Positions 17,354 through 24,942 of a DNA stretch of 32,000 nt are shown here, piece after piece. A model generated the notes under the pieces. It had not been told where the DNA came from and did no database searches. It saw only the letters and a list, made by a program, of their open reading frames with translations. Source of the DNA: Bacillus subtilis subsp. subtilis str. 168 (GTDB lineage Bacteria > Bacillota > Bacilli > Bacillales > Bacillaceae). The stretch is from contig NC_000964.3 in the NCBI RefSeq assembly GCF_000009045.1, positions 4,080,001-4,112,000 on the forward strand. The letters run 5' to 3'. The translations under genes and the position numbers were made by a program. Position 1 is the stretch's first letter. Each line of letters starts with the position of its first letter.

Positions 17354-17415
17354 TCTTATCCAAAACGATTAACGTTTGAGGCTATCACGCCAACTTGATA
17401 AGGAGGATGCTGAAG

Positions 17416-18150
17416 ATGATTACGGCTGAAGAATGCAGAACGTACAAAGAATTTGTTGATCTTTACCAATCCTATCTTTACCCCTTGCTTGGCGCCAGAC
17501 TGTCCCGGATGTATTCCCCCAAAAACAAAGTCATTATCGATATGGGCACAGGTCCAGGTTATTTAAGCATTCAGTTGGCTAAAAGAACAAATGCGCACGT
17601 GCATGCTGTCGATATTAACCCGGCCATGCATGAAATCGCTCAAGAAGAAGCTAAAAAAAGCGGAGTAAGCAGCCTGATTTCATTTGATTTGGAAGATGTC
17701 CACCATTTATCTTACGCTGACCAATATGCTGACTTCATCGTCTCCTACTCTTGCCTGCATCATTGGGAAGACGTTGTTAAAGGACTTAAAGAGTGCTATA
17801 GAGTTCTGGCTCCGGGCGGAAAAATTGTCATTTTGGATACATTTAATCCCCAAGGAAGCCATTTAGAGATTATGCGAAAACAAATCAAAGAACCGGAATA
17901 CTTCAGGTTTGTAAGAGAGGCATTTGAAGAAAGTTATTCCTTTGAAGACATTCACCAGTTTGTTCAGGATGCCGGCATTCCCAATTATTCATTAGAAACC
18001 TTTCACTTTTTACCGGAGGATTTTATAGAAAGCTTAGATGAGCTGGAGGATGCTCCCCTGTGGGAACAAAATGATCAAAGTACTGATCATGAAATTGAGT
18101 CTGTCACATGGATGTTAACGATAGAAAAAGAAAAGGAAGGTGCATTGTAA
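17416..18150 (+). CDS. yxbB: YxbB, class I SAM-dependent methyltransferase
   Basis: The track ORF is trimmed to the ATG at 17416 ([13 protein letters not shown]...), 9 nt after AAGGAGG. It has SAM motif I ([12 protein letters not shown]) and the post-I/II motifs ([23 protein letters not shown]). The length is 244 aa. Confidence 0.9.
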
Positions 18151-18419
18151 TGATCAATGAATCAACTGTTTTATCCAAAAATCCAGAAATGCCATCAAGA
18201 AAATATTTGAAAAGCATTATTATAGAGCCGGGCATCACTTTAAATGAAATGGCATCAGATATTTATAACCATATCGACGGCAAGGTCAGCATACATGATA
18301 TTTGCTCAAAAATCGTCAATGAATATGATGTTGATTATCAAACCTGCTTAGAAGATTGTATGGAGCTGTTTGAGTTGCTTATTGATCATGAAGCAATCAA
18401 AGTTAAGCAGGGGGCATGA
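18150..18419 (+). CDS. yxbA: YxbA, PqqD-like small protein (candidate RiPP recognition element)
   Basis: The ATG overlaps the yxbB stop (TAATG) and SD AAGGAAGGTG lies upstream. The 89-aa sequence ...[58 protein letters not shown] follows the PqqD pattern: a beta-strand, then x-W/Y-xxxDG-x-xxxxxI, then helices. Confidence 0.85.
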
Positions 18420-18422
18420 GAA

Positions 18423-18905
18423 TTGGAAAAACAAAAAGTGCTTGCTTTACCAGACGATGTACATGAGCTGAGTACACACCGTTCTAAATCAATCGTAAAT
18501 TACATCATCACTCTGCTTGCCTTTGCCAAAAAACAAGGATTGACTCATCAAGATATTGTAAGCTGGATTCACGAGCAATATGAGGAAAGAGGATATTATG
18601 ATGAGTGGAGACACATTAACAGCCAACAACCAGTTGGATCATTTGTGGAACTCTTTATAAAAGGAAGACGTTTACTTTATGACAAAATTGAATTGTTTGA
18701 AACAGAAGATAAATATGTCGTAAATACCCACACTTGGTATGAAAAAGAACCTAGTGAGGCCTTTTTTTATTTTGAAATTGATCCCGAAGAATTTTCTGCG
18801 TACGCTTCCATTCTCGCAATCGAAAACGCAAAACGTCTCGGAATTAAAATCGATATTGTAAAAGAAACAGATGTAGAGACAGCTTATATCTATAAACATC
18901 AATAA
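18423..18905 (+). CDS. yxnB: YxnB, 160-aa acidic protein with no recognisable family
   Basis: The ORF starts at a TTG 3 nt after the yxbA stop, so the exact start is uncertain. The codon usage is coherent and the gene is tightly packed in the operon. Confidence 0.8.
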   Translation: MEKQKVLALPDDVHELSTHRSKSIVNYIITLLAFAKKQGLTHQDIVSWIHEQYEERGYYDEWRHINSQQPVGSFVELFIKGRRLLYDKIELFETEDKYVVNTHTWYEKEPSEAFFYFEIDPEEFSAYASILAIENAKRLGIKIDIVKETDVETAYIYKHQ

Positions 18906-18925
18906 CGCTATTGGGAGGGAGACAT

Positions 18926-21169
18926 ATGTGCGGGCTCGCGGGTATTATAAATCTGGCTGCTCCCCGTTCTCAGGAATGTACCTTTCATATATTGAAAGGC
19001 ATGGCAGATGCCATCAGCTATAGGGGACCGGATGATGAACAATATCATATTGATTCCAAAGTCGGCTTTGCATTTCGGCGATTGTCCATTCTTGACCTTG
19101 TAAATGGACAGCAGCCCTTTTTAAATGAGGATGGATCAATCGTCGTTATGGTAAATGGAGAAATTTATAACTATAAAGAACTGAAGGCTTCTTTACACAA
19201 TCATATGTTTAAAACGACATCTGATTGTGAAGTAATTGTTCATTTATATGAAGAAAAAGGGATTGGATTTGTAGACGACATCATCGGAATGTTTTCAATA
19301 GCCATTTGGGACAAAAATAAAAACAAAGTATTTTTAGTTCGTGACCGCTTTGGGATTAAACCGCTTTTTTACACAGAGCTAAAACACGAGCTTATATTTG
19401 CCTCTGAAATAAAATCCCTATTTTCTCATCCTCACTGTCCCCGCCAATTTAATTGGAAAGAAGCACTCTCAGACATTTGGCTAAGCGGGGAAGCAGCCAG
19501 TAATCATAAAGAAACCACTTCCTTTTTTGTAAACATCCAAAATCTCGATGCTGGCCATTATCTCGAAATTAATTTGACAACAAATGAACGAAAAACAGCA
19601 AGCTATTGGTCTTTACAGGATATTTTGCTCAGGCAAGGCTATCGTGAGAATCTCCATCCCGATGACCTGATTGAAGGATATAGAGAACTGCTGGCAGATT
19701 CAGTCCATAGATGTTTACAAAGCGACGTTGAAGTCGGGTTGTTTCTTAGCGGTGGCATTGATTCAGCTGCAGTCGCACATTTTGCTGCAGAAAAACAGGA
19801 TCTCCATACGTTTACAGTATTAAGCCAAAGTACATTTACAAATGAAGATGCAAAATATGCCCATTGGCTGGCTAAAGATTTACACCTTCCAAATCATCAG
19901 GTTCTCTATCAATTAGGGAACGATGAGTTATTACAACCAGAGTCATATAAACATTTGTTATGGATCTGTGAAACACCGTTTTGCGGACCGGAACAATTAT
20001 ATAAGTTTCATTTACATAAGTATGCCAAAGCGATAAGGCCAAACCTGAAAGTCATGCTGACCGGCCAGGGCAGCGACGAATTTAACGGCGGTTACAGCAC
20101 GACACTTTCACCAGCCGAGAACCCAAGTTGGGAAGGATTTATTGAATCGGTCAATACGATGGAGATGAACCGGCTGCATCGGCTGCAGGGAAATATCTTT
20201 AGAGTGTGGGAGGAGCATTTTGGACTTTCTCCTATAAACCTTTCTTATTTAAAGAGCAATGATTCCAGCCAAGCAGATCCTTGGCAATCGTATGTCCTGA
20301 CAAAATACCGTGATCTGCAAATGTATAATTGCTGGCATGAAGATCGGATCGCCGCGGCTAATCATATCGAAAACCGTGTACCGTTCTTGGACCATCGGCT
20401 TGTTGAATGGGTTTGCGGAATACCTGATGGACTCCGTAAAGACTTGTTATGGGATAAGTCGGTATTGCGAAAATCATTAACAAATGAGCTGCATACAAGC
20501 TATACCCACCGGCCAAAGGTTCCTTTTTTCTATGGTAAGGACGTGAGATATACACATAAAATGATGTTTCATCTTCTGAAGAAAAACAATTATCAGCTTA
20601 TAGAGGAGGCCTTCTCTCACAGCGATGCCTCCAGCATAATACAGGTTGAACACATTCATGCCATCATGACATATTTGGAGGATGATCCTGAGTTTACAAA
20701 TTTTGAATTTTTATTAAGACTGGTGAACATGGGACTTTTATCAAAAATGACTAAAGAAACCCCTTCTGTTCAATTAGACATAACCAGCCATTTAGAATCG
20801 ATAACAATAAAAGACTGGCACTCACAGGAAGGTGATATTGCCAGTCGTTTAAATATCTCAGCCAATAAGTGTGAAGGACAAGATATTTTGGCGCTAAACC
20901 CTGGCGTCACTCTGTTAAGGCCGGAAAGCGATAGTGAGCATTGCATCTACATTGCGGAAGAAGGATTTATTCAGTTTATTGTTTCGGAGGAAGACGTCGG
21001 AGCTTGGCTGCATATTCTCTGCGATATTAATGGAAAAGACACACTTCATACGATTTTAGACAGACATGGTGTCAGCCTTGAAGAAGTGGCCAAATATATT
21101 CAAGAAGCCATCGAACACAATATCATTTTGATCAAACAAAAAAATCTGCCAGAAGGAGCATATAGATGA
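18926..21169 (+). CDS. asnH: AsnH, asparagine synthetase (glutamine-hydrolysing)-type amidotransferase with a C-terminal extension of about 120 aa
   Basis: The track ORF is trimmed to the ATG at 18926, giving MCGLAG with the Ntn Cys2 nucleophile, after GGGAGGGAG. The PP-loop SGGIDS is at 19748-19765. The length is 747 aa, against about 615-630 aa for the housekeeping AsnB/AsnO. Confidence 0.94.
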   Translation: MCGLAGIINLAAPRSQECTFHILKGMADAISYRGPDDEQYHIDSKVGFAFRRLSILDLVNGQQPFLNEDGSIVVMVNGEIYNYKELKASLHNHMFKTTSDCEVIVHLYEEKGIGFVDDIIGMFSIAIWDKNKNKVFLVRDRFGIKPLFYTELKHELIFASEIKSLFSHPHCPRQFNWKEALSDIWLSGEAASNHKETTSFFVNIQNLDAGHYLEINLTTNERKTASYWSLQDILLRQGYRENLHPDDLIEGYRELLADSVHRCLQSDVEVGLFLSGGIDSAAVAHFAAEKQDLHTFTVLSQSTFTNEDAKYAHWLAKDLHLPNHQVLYQLGNDELLQPESYKHLLWICETPFCGPEQLYKFHLHKYAKAIRPNLKVMLTGQGSDEFNGGYSTTLSPAENPSWEGFIESVNTMEMNRLHRLQGNIFRVWEEHFGLSPINLSYLKSNDSSQADPWQSYVLTKYRDLQMYNCWHEDRIAAANHIENRVPFLDHRLVEWVCGIPDGLRKDLLWDKSVLRKSLTNELHTSYTHRPKVPFFYGKDVRYTHKMMFHLLKKNNYQLIEEAFSHSDASSIIQVEHIHAIMTYLEDDPEFTNFEFLLRLVNMGLLSKMTKETPSVQLDITSHLESITIKDWHSQEGDIASRLNISANKCEGQDILALNPGVTLLRPESDSEHCIYIAEEGFIQFIVSEEDVGAWLHILCDINGKDTLHTILDRHGVSLEEVAKYIQEAIEHNIILIKQKNLPEGAYR

Positions 21170-22365
21170 GCATCTTTTATTCGTTTTCCGCACTTAGGGG
21201 ATTAGCAATGGGGATTTTTTCGCCTATTTGGATTCTTTATCTGATATCTAAAGATTATGATTTCCTTCAGATTGGATTAATGGGAGCGGTACTTGAAATT
21301 GCTAAGCTTATATTTGAAGTTCCTTCCGGCGTTTTTGCTGATCGTTATGGAATTAAAATTTCAATTGCCAGTTCATTCTTTTTCTCCATCCTTACATGGG
21401 CCTTCTTCCCTTTTATCGATTCAGCTGCTATTTGCATACTGGCTATGATCATATGGGCTTTATCAGATTCCTTAATTTCCGGTTCTTTTGAAACTTGGAT
21501 GAGCCGTGTCGCAGGGGAAGATCGATTCGGCAAAGAAATGATGAAAAACACACAATTGCTAATCACTTTTTTAATTATTGGAAGTATTGCCAGCGGGTAT
21601 TTGTATTCATTAAATATCTATTTTCCTTTCCTGCTCGTTATGGTGATCTACTTATTACTATTTATTTGGATGTCTGTATTTATTAAAGTCCCTTCTGTTT
21701 CCGAAACAAATCATGGGGATCAGAACCAACATGATTCGATAAAGATTATCAAAGAAAGTTTAAAAATTATCTTTAACAAAAAAAGGGTTCTTTTAATCGT
21801 CATAGCCGGTTTCTTTACAGCCACAGCCTATGACACAATTTCCCGTTACTGGCAGCCTTTTTTGAGTGATTTAGGCTTTTCAGAAAAGTCACTGGGATAT
21901 ATTTTTGCCCTAGGAGGGTTTACCGCTCTCGTTCTTTTGACATTAACCATCAGGTTCGAAAAGAAGATCGAAAAAAATCCATATCTCGCTTTAACCTCAT
22001 TGGATTCCATGGGCATGGTCATGACTTTTCTATTGTCTAGAGCATTCAGGCCGCTGGGCATTCCATGTACAGCGTTTTTGCTTGCAATTGAAGATATTCA
22101 TCATCCGATCGTAACAAGTTACTTAAATAAGTTTTTCCCCGATTCATACAAGAACACACTTTTCTCGTTAAACTCAGGGGTAGGAGCAATTGGAGAAATT
22201 CTTTCCGGTGTCATTTTCGGCATCATTTCCGCAGCCTTTGGGCTCTCTGCCATGTTTGTTGTTGTAGCTGTATTTCTATTAATCCCTATTATCCTTTATA
22301 CGATAGTGCCTAAGATTAAAGACAATGATATGAAAGTTCAGATTGAAAAATCCCAGCAAGTGTAA
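21166..22365 (+). CDS. yxaM: YxaM, MFS transporter (candidate exporter)
   Basis: This 399-aa ORF has its ATG overlapping the asnH stop (ATGA). It has about 12 hydrophobic segments, with a central loop around aa 185-200. Confidence 0.9.
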   Translation: MSIFYSFSALRGLAMGIFSPIWILYLISKDYDFLQIGLMGAVLEIAKLIFEVPSGVFADRYGIKISIASSFFFSILTWAFFPFIDSAAICILAMIIWALSDSLISGSFETWMSRVAGEDRFGKEMMKNTQLLITFLIIGSIASGYLYSLNIYFPFLLVMVIYLLLFIWMSVFIKVPSVSETNHGDQNQHDSIKIIKESLKIIFNKKRVLLIVIAGFFTATAYDTISRYWQPFLSDLGFSEKSLGYIFALGGFTALVLLTLTIRFEKKIEKNPYLALTSLDSMGMVMTFLLSRAFRPLGIPCTAFLLAIEDIHHPIVTSYLNKFFPDSYKNTLFSLNSGVGAIGEILSGVIFGIISAAFGLSAMFVVVAVFLLIPIILYTIVPKIKDNDMKVQIEKSQQV

Positions 22366-22382
22366 ATGTTTTGTATCACAGT

Positions 22383-22413
22383 AAGAAGACCTTCTTATTA
22401 AAAGAAGGTCTTC
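22383..22413. terminator. Hairpin between convergent yxaM and yxaL
   Basis: A perfect 13-bp stem, AGAAGACCTTCTT-ATTAA-AAGAAGGTCTTCT. The T-tracts are weak on both sides. Confidence 0.6.
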
Positions 22414-22428
22414 TGCTATTCTATTCAG

Positions 22429-23661
22429 TTATTTCCCAAAAGCCATCAGCTTCGTATAACTTCCAATATAAAGTGTTCCGTCCTCAGCGAGCTGAGGAGA
22501 AGACACGACGTTGCTGTCGGTTTGATAGCTCCATAATTCATTGCCGTTTGCGTCTGCCGCATAAACCTTCATATCATCTGACCCGAAATAAACCGTTCCC
22601 TTCGCGTCAATCAGCGGCGCCGTTCTGACAGGGCCGTCTGTGTAGAATGACCAGTTCATATCCCCGTTTTTGCTGATGGAAAACAGCTCGCCGCTTCCTG
22701 AGCCGATGTAGATATTGCCATTATGATCAATCGCAGGAGATGAGCTGGAGAACCCGTTTAGCGGGAATGTCCATTTCAAACTGCCTGTTGATGTATAAGC
22801 ATACAGCTGTCCATCTTGGTTGCCGGCATAAATGTTTCCGTCCTTATCAATCACCGGATATCCTTTAAACGCATTTGACGTCGTTCTGGACCATTTCACC
22901 TGTCCGGTTCCGGAGTTGATCGCATAAAACACGTAATTATATGTGCCGACATACACGGTGCCGTTTTTGGCAAGCACCGGCACAGAGCTGACGACCCCAT
23001 TTGTTTTCAACTTCCAGCGCTCTGTCCAGGTTGATTTTGACGTCGGTTTGATCGCGTGAACATAATTATCAAGTGTTGAGAAATACAACGTCCCGTCTGA
23101 ACCGATCACCGTTTCAGAGCTTGGCCCGCCGCTTAACGGAACCGTTGTTAAAATTTCTCCCGTTTCTTTGTCAATAAAATAAATCTTTTTGTCATAGGAT
23201 GCCAAATAGATAACGCCGTTGGTCCCAAGTACAGGAGATTGCGTATATGTTTTTCCAAGATTGCCCGTCACCCATTTGACTGAGCCGTCTGGATTAAAGG
23301 CTTTCATTTCCCCGTCTCTGGAATGAAGATATACTGTGCCGTCTCCGTCAATCACAGCCCCCGCTCCATTTTGCGGAGTCGTTCTGATGTCGTTTTGCCA
23401 TTTCAGCGTCCCGTCTGTATTTCCGGCGAACCGGCTTTCGCGTGACCAGTTAAACATGGCAGGCGCCATCGCTTGTACATCATATCTTCCTGGCAAAAAG
23501 CCAGATGCTCCATTATTTTGAGAAAACACCGTTTCCGCCGCATAAGCAGCTGTCGGCTGAAGCACTTTGGCAGCGGGCACATCAGAAACAGCGCCGGCCG
23601 AAACAGCCGCCGCCACCGCAGCTCCCGCAATCAAAGCTTTCATACGAAATGACTTGACCAT
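22429..23661 (-). CDS. yxaL: YxaL, secreted PQQ-like repeat beta-propeller protein
   Basis: The track ORF is trimmed to MVKSFRMKALIAGAAVAAAV... (410 aa). It has a signal peptide followed by repeated G-x-hydrophobic-Y-hydrophobic-G/S...W blades (GTVYLHS, GVIYLAS, GTLYFST, GTVYVGT, GNIYAGN, GNIYIGS, GTVYFGS, GTLYIGS). Confidence 0.9.
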   Translation of the reverse strand: MVKSFRMKALIAGAAVAAAVSAGAVSDVPAAKVLQPTAAYAAETVFSQNNGASGFLPGRYDVQAMAPAMFNWSRESRFAGNTDGTLKWQNDIRTTPQNGAGAVIDGDGTVYLHSRDGEMKAFNPDGSVKWVTGNLGKTYTQSPVLGTNGVIYLASYDKKIYFIDKETGEILTTVPLSGGPSSETVIGSDGTLYFSTLDNYVHAIKPTSKSTWTERWKLKTNGVVSSVPVLAKNGTVYVGTYNYVFYAINSGTGQVKWSRTTSNAFKGYPVIDKDGNIYAGNQDGQLYAYTSTGSLKWTFPLNGFSSSSPAIDHNGNIYIGSGSGELFSISKNGDMNWSFYTDGPVRTAPLIDAKGTVYFGSDDMKVYAADANGNELWSYQTDSNVVSSPQLAEDGTLYIGSYTKLMAFGK

Positions 23662-23761
23662 CATTGAGACCCCCATTATATGTAACTTCTAATTTGTGAC
23701 CATCATAACATATTCATCCATTTTATAAATCTATTTCACAAAAACATCACAAACTAGAAAA

Positions 23762-24187
23762 CTATGTAAGAGTATTCACGGACGTTTTTTCAGCACCCGA
23801 TCGAAATGCAGCCACAAACCAAATGACGTTGACAGCAGCCGCAGCGAGACTAACTCCCAAAACAAAGATCACCTCAGAAAGCAGATGGTCACTAAAGAAA
23901 CTAAACATCAAGATAAAACCGGCCGAAGACAAATGAATCAAAAGCCCGAAGCCGCAAAGCACCGCCATGACATACCTCATTGCATCGACTCCGAGCATAT
24001 AAACGAGAAATGGAATGAAATACAAGACAAGGATCATACCGACAGCTGACCACATGCCAGCTGAATTAAACTGATTGGCCGCCGCTCCCGTTCCGGCCAG
24101 CGGCGAAAGTGAAGCCGCCACAATCACGGCGCAAAAAAGAAACGCAGAAATGGTTGTCATGATCGCCACGCTATTTTTTTTTGACAT
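23762..24187 (-). CDS. yxaJ: YxaJ, small integral membrane protein
   Basis: The start is the ATG at 24187, after GGAGGAG. The protein has four hydrophobic segments. The length is 141 aa. Confidence 0.8.
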   Translation of the reverse strand: MSKKNSVAIMTTISAFLFCAVIVAASLSPLAGTGAAANQFNSAGMWSAVGMILVLYFIPFLVYMLGVDAMRYVMAVLCGFGLLIHLSSAGFILMFSFFSDHLLSEVIFVLGVSLAAAAVNVIWFVAAFRSGAEKTSVNTLT

Positions 24188-24380
24188 CAAACTCCTCCTT
24201 TAATAGAAATATTAACCTTTTTTATTATAAGTAAGTTGAATGTTATATTCATTATATTTTTAAAAAATTCCAGAATACATACACAAATGCTATGCTTCTT
24301 TCTAGTATATTTATATAGTAAAAAACAAAGGATAAAAGACTCATTTTTCTGTAATATCAGGATTTTATCACCATACCATA

Positions 24381-24409
24381 TTGCATGTACATGTTTTTCA
24401 AAGTATACT
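24381..24409 (+). promoter_or_regulatory. Candidate sigma-A promoter of yxaI
   Basis: TTGCAT (24381-24386), a 17-nt spacer, then TATACT (24404-24409), 35 nt upstream of the yxaI ATG. Confidence 0.5.
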
Positions 24410-24443
24410 ATTCCAGATTAATTCAGAGGAGAGAGAAAAATAC

Positions 24444-24899
24444 ATGGAAAAACCAGCAGGATTTTGGATTCGTTTTTTAGCTTATTTTATTGACGGCATT
24501 ATTGTATCTGTTCCTAGTTATATTATTCTATTTATTATCAATTCTGTGTTTGTAGCTGGGGCTGTGGCAACAAACCCTTACATGACGGAAGAAGAGTATT
24601 TAGTGAAATACATGACGCTTGCATTTTTGCCTACTATGCTGATCATGATCGTCATCAGCGTGTTATATTACGGGCTGCTCACAGCTTCTAAAATGCAAGG
24701 CACACTTGGCAAAAAAATTCTTGGCCTGAAAGTGGTCAATGAACAAGGTGAACGGGTTTCTGTCGGACAGGGAATTGGCCGTTACTTTGCCTATATCTTA
24801 TCTGGAATCATCTTTTATATCGGGTTTATCATGATCGCCTTTGGAGAGAAAAAAGGCCTGCATGACATCATTTGCAAAACACGTGTCGTGTATAAATAA
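24444..24899 (+). CDS. yxaI: YxaI, RDD-family membrane protein
   Basis: The track ORF is trimmed to the ATG at 24444 (MEKPAGFWIRFLAYFIDGIIV...), after GAGGAGAG. It shows the RDD-domain pattern (R..A..ID ... HD). The length is 151 aa. Confidence 0.88.
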   Translation: MEKPAGFWIRFLAYFIDGIIVSVPSYIILFIINSVFVAGAVATNPYMTEEEYLVKYMTLAFLPTMLIMIVISVLYYGLLTASKMQGTLGKKILGLKVVNEQGERVSVGQGIGRYFAYILSGIIFYIGFIMIAFGEKKGLHDIICKTRVVYK

Positions 24900-24902
24900 T
24901 AG

Positions 24903-24942
24903 AAAAAAGTCTAGACGCCAATAGGCATCTAGACTTTTGTTT
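24903..24942. terminator. Bidirectional terminator between convergent yxaI and yxaH
   Basis: The hairpin AAAAGTCTAGA-CGCCAATAGGCA-TCTAGACTTTT has flanking A and T runs. It overlaps the yxaH stop. Confidence 0.8.

Larger units (their letters stand above)
17036..17357 (+). repeat. 118-bp tandem triplication (about 2.7 units), each unit holding an SD, a 22-codon ORF and a 49-nt spacer
   Basis: The ATGs at 17049, 17167 and 17285 are exactly 118 nt apart. The spacers 17118-17166 and 17236-17284 are identical. Only 5 positions differ between the three ORF copies. Confidence 0.97.

Noticed and set aside
17036-17357. I considered whether the tandem repeat could be a CRISPR array or a mobile element/MITE bounded by the 17003-17020 and 17379-17395 inverted repeats.
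   Set aside because: The units are 118 bp with no variable spacers, and the intervening sequence is itself repeated identically. There are no cas genes, no transposase and no target-site duplication. The inverted repeat is better explained as an RNA stem.
17049-22365. I considered a canonical lasso-peptide cluster, since an AsnB-like enzyme plus PqqD is the lasso hallmark.
   Set aside because: I see no transglutaminase-like B2 leader peptidase. The peptide has no Thr at a penultimate leader position and only one acidic residue. Ring formation onto Glu12 would leave a leader of about 3 aa. AsnH also retains the glutaminase Cys2, which points to amidation rather than lactam cyclisation.
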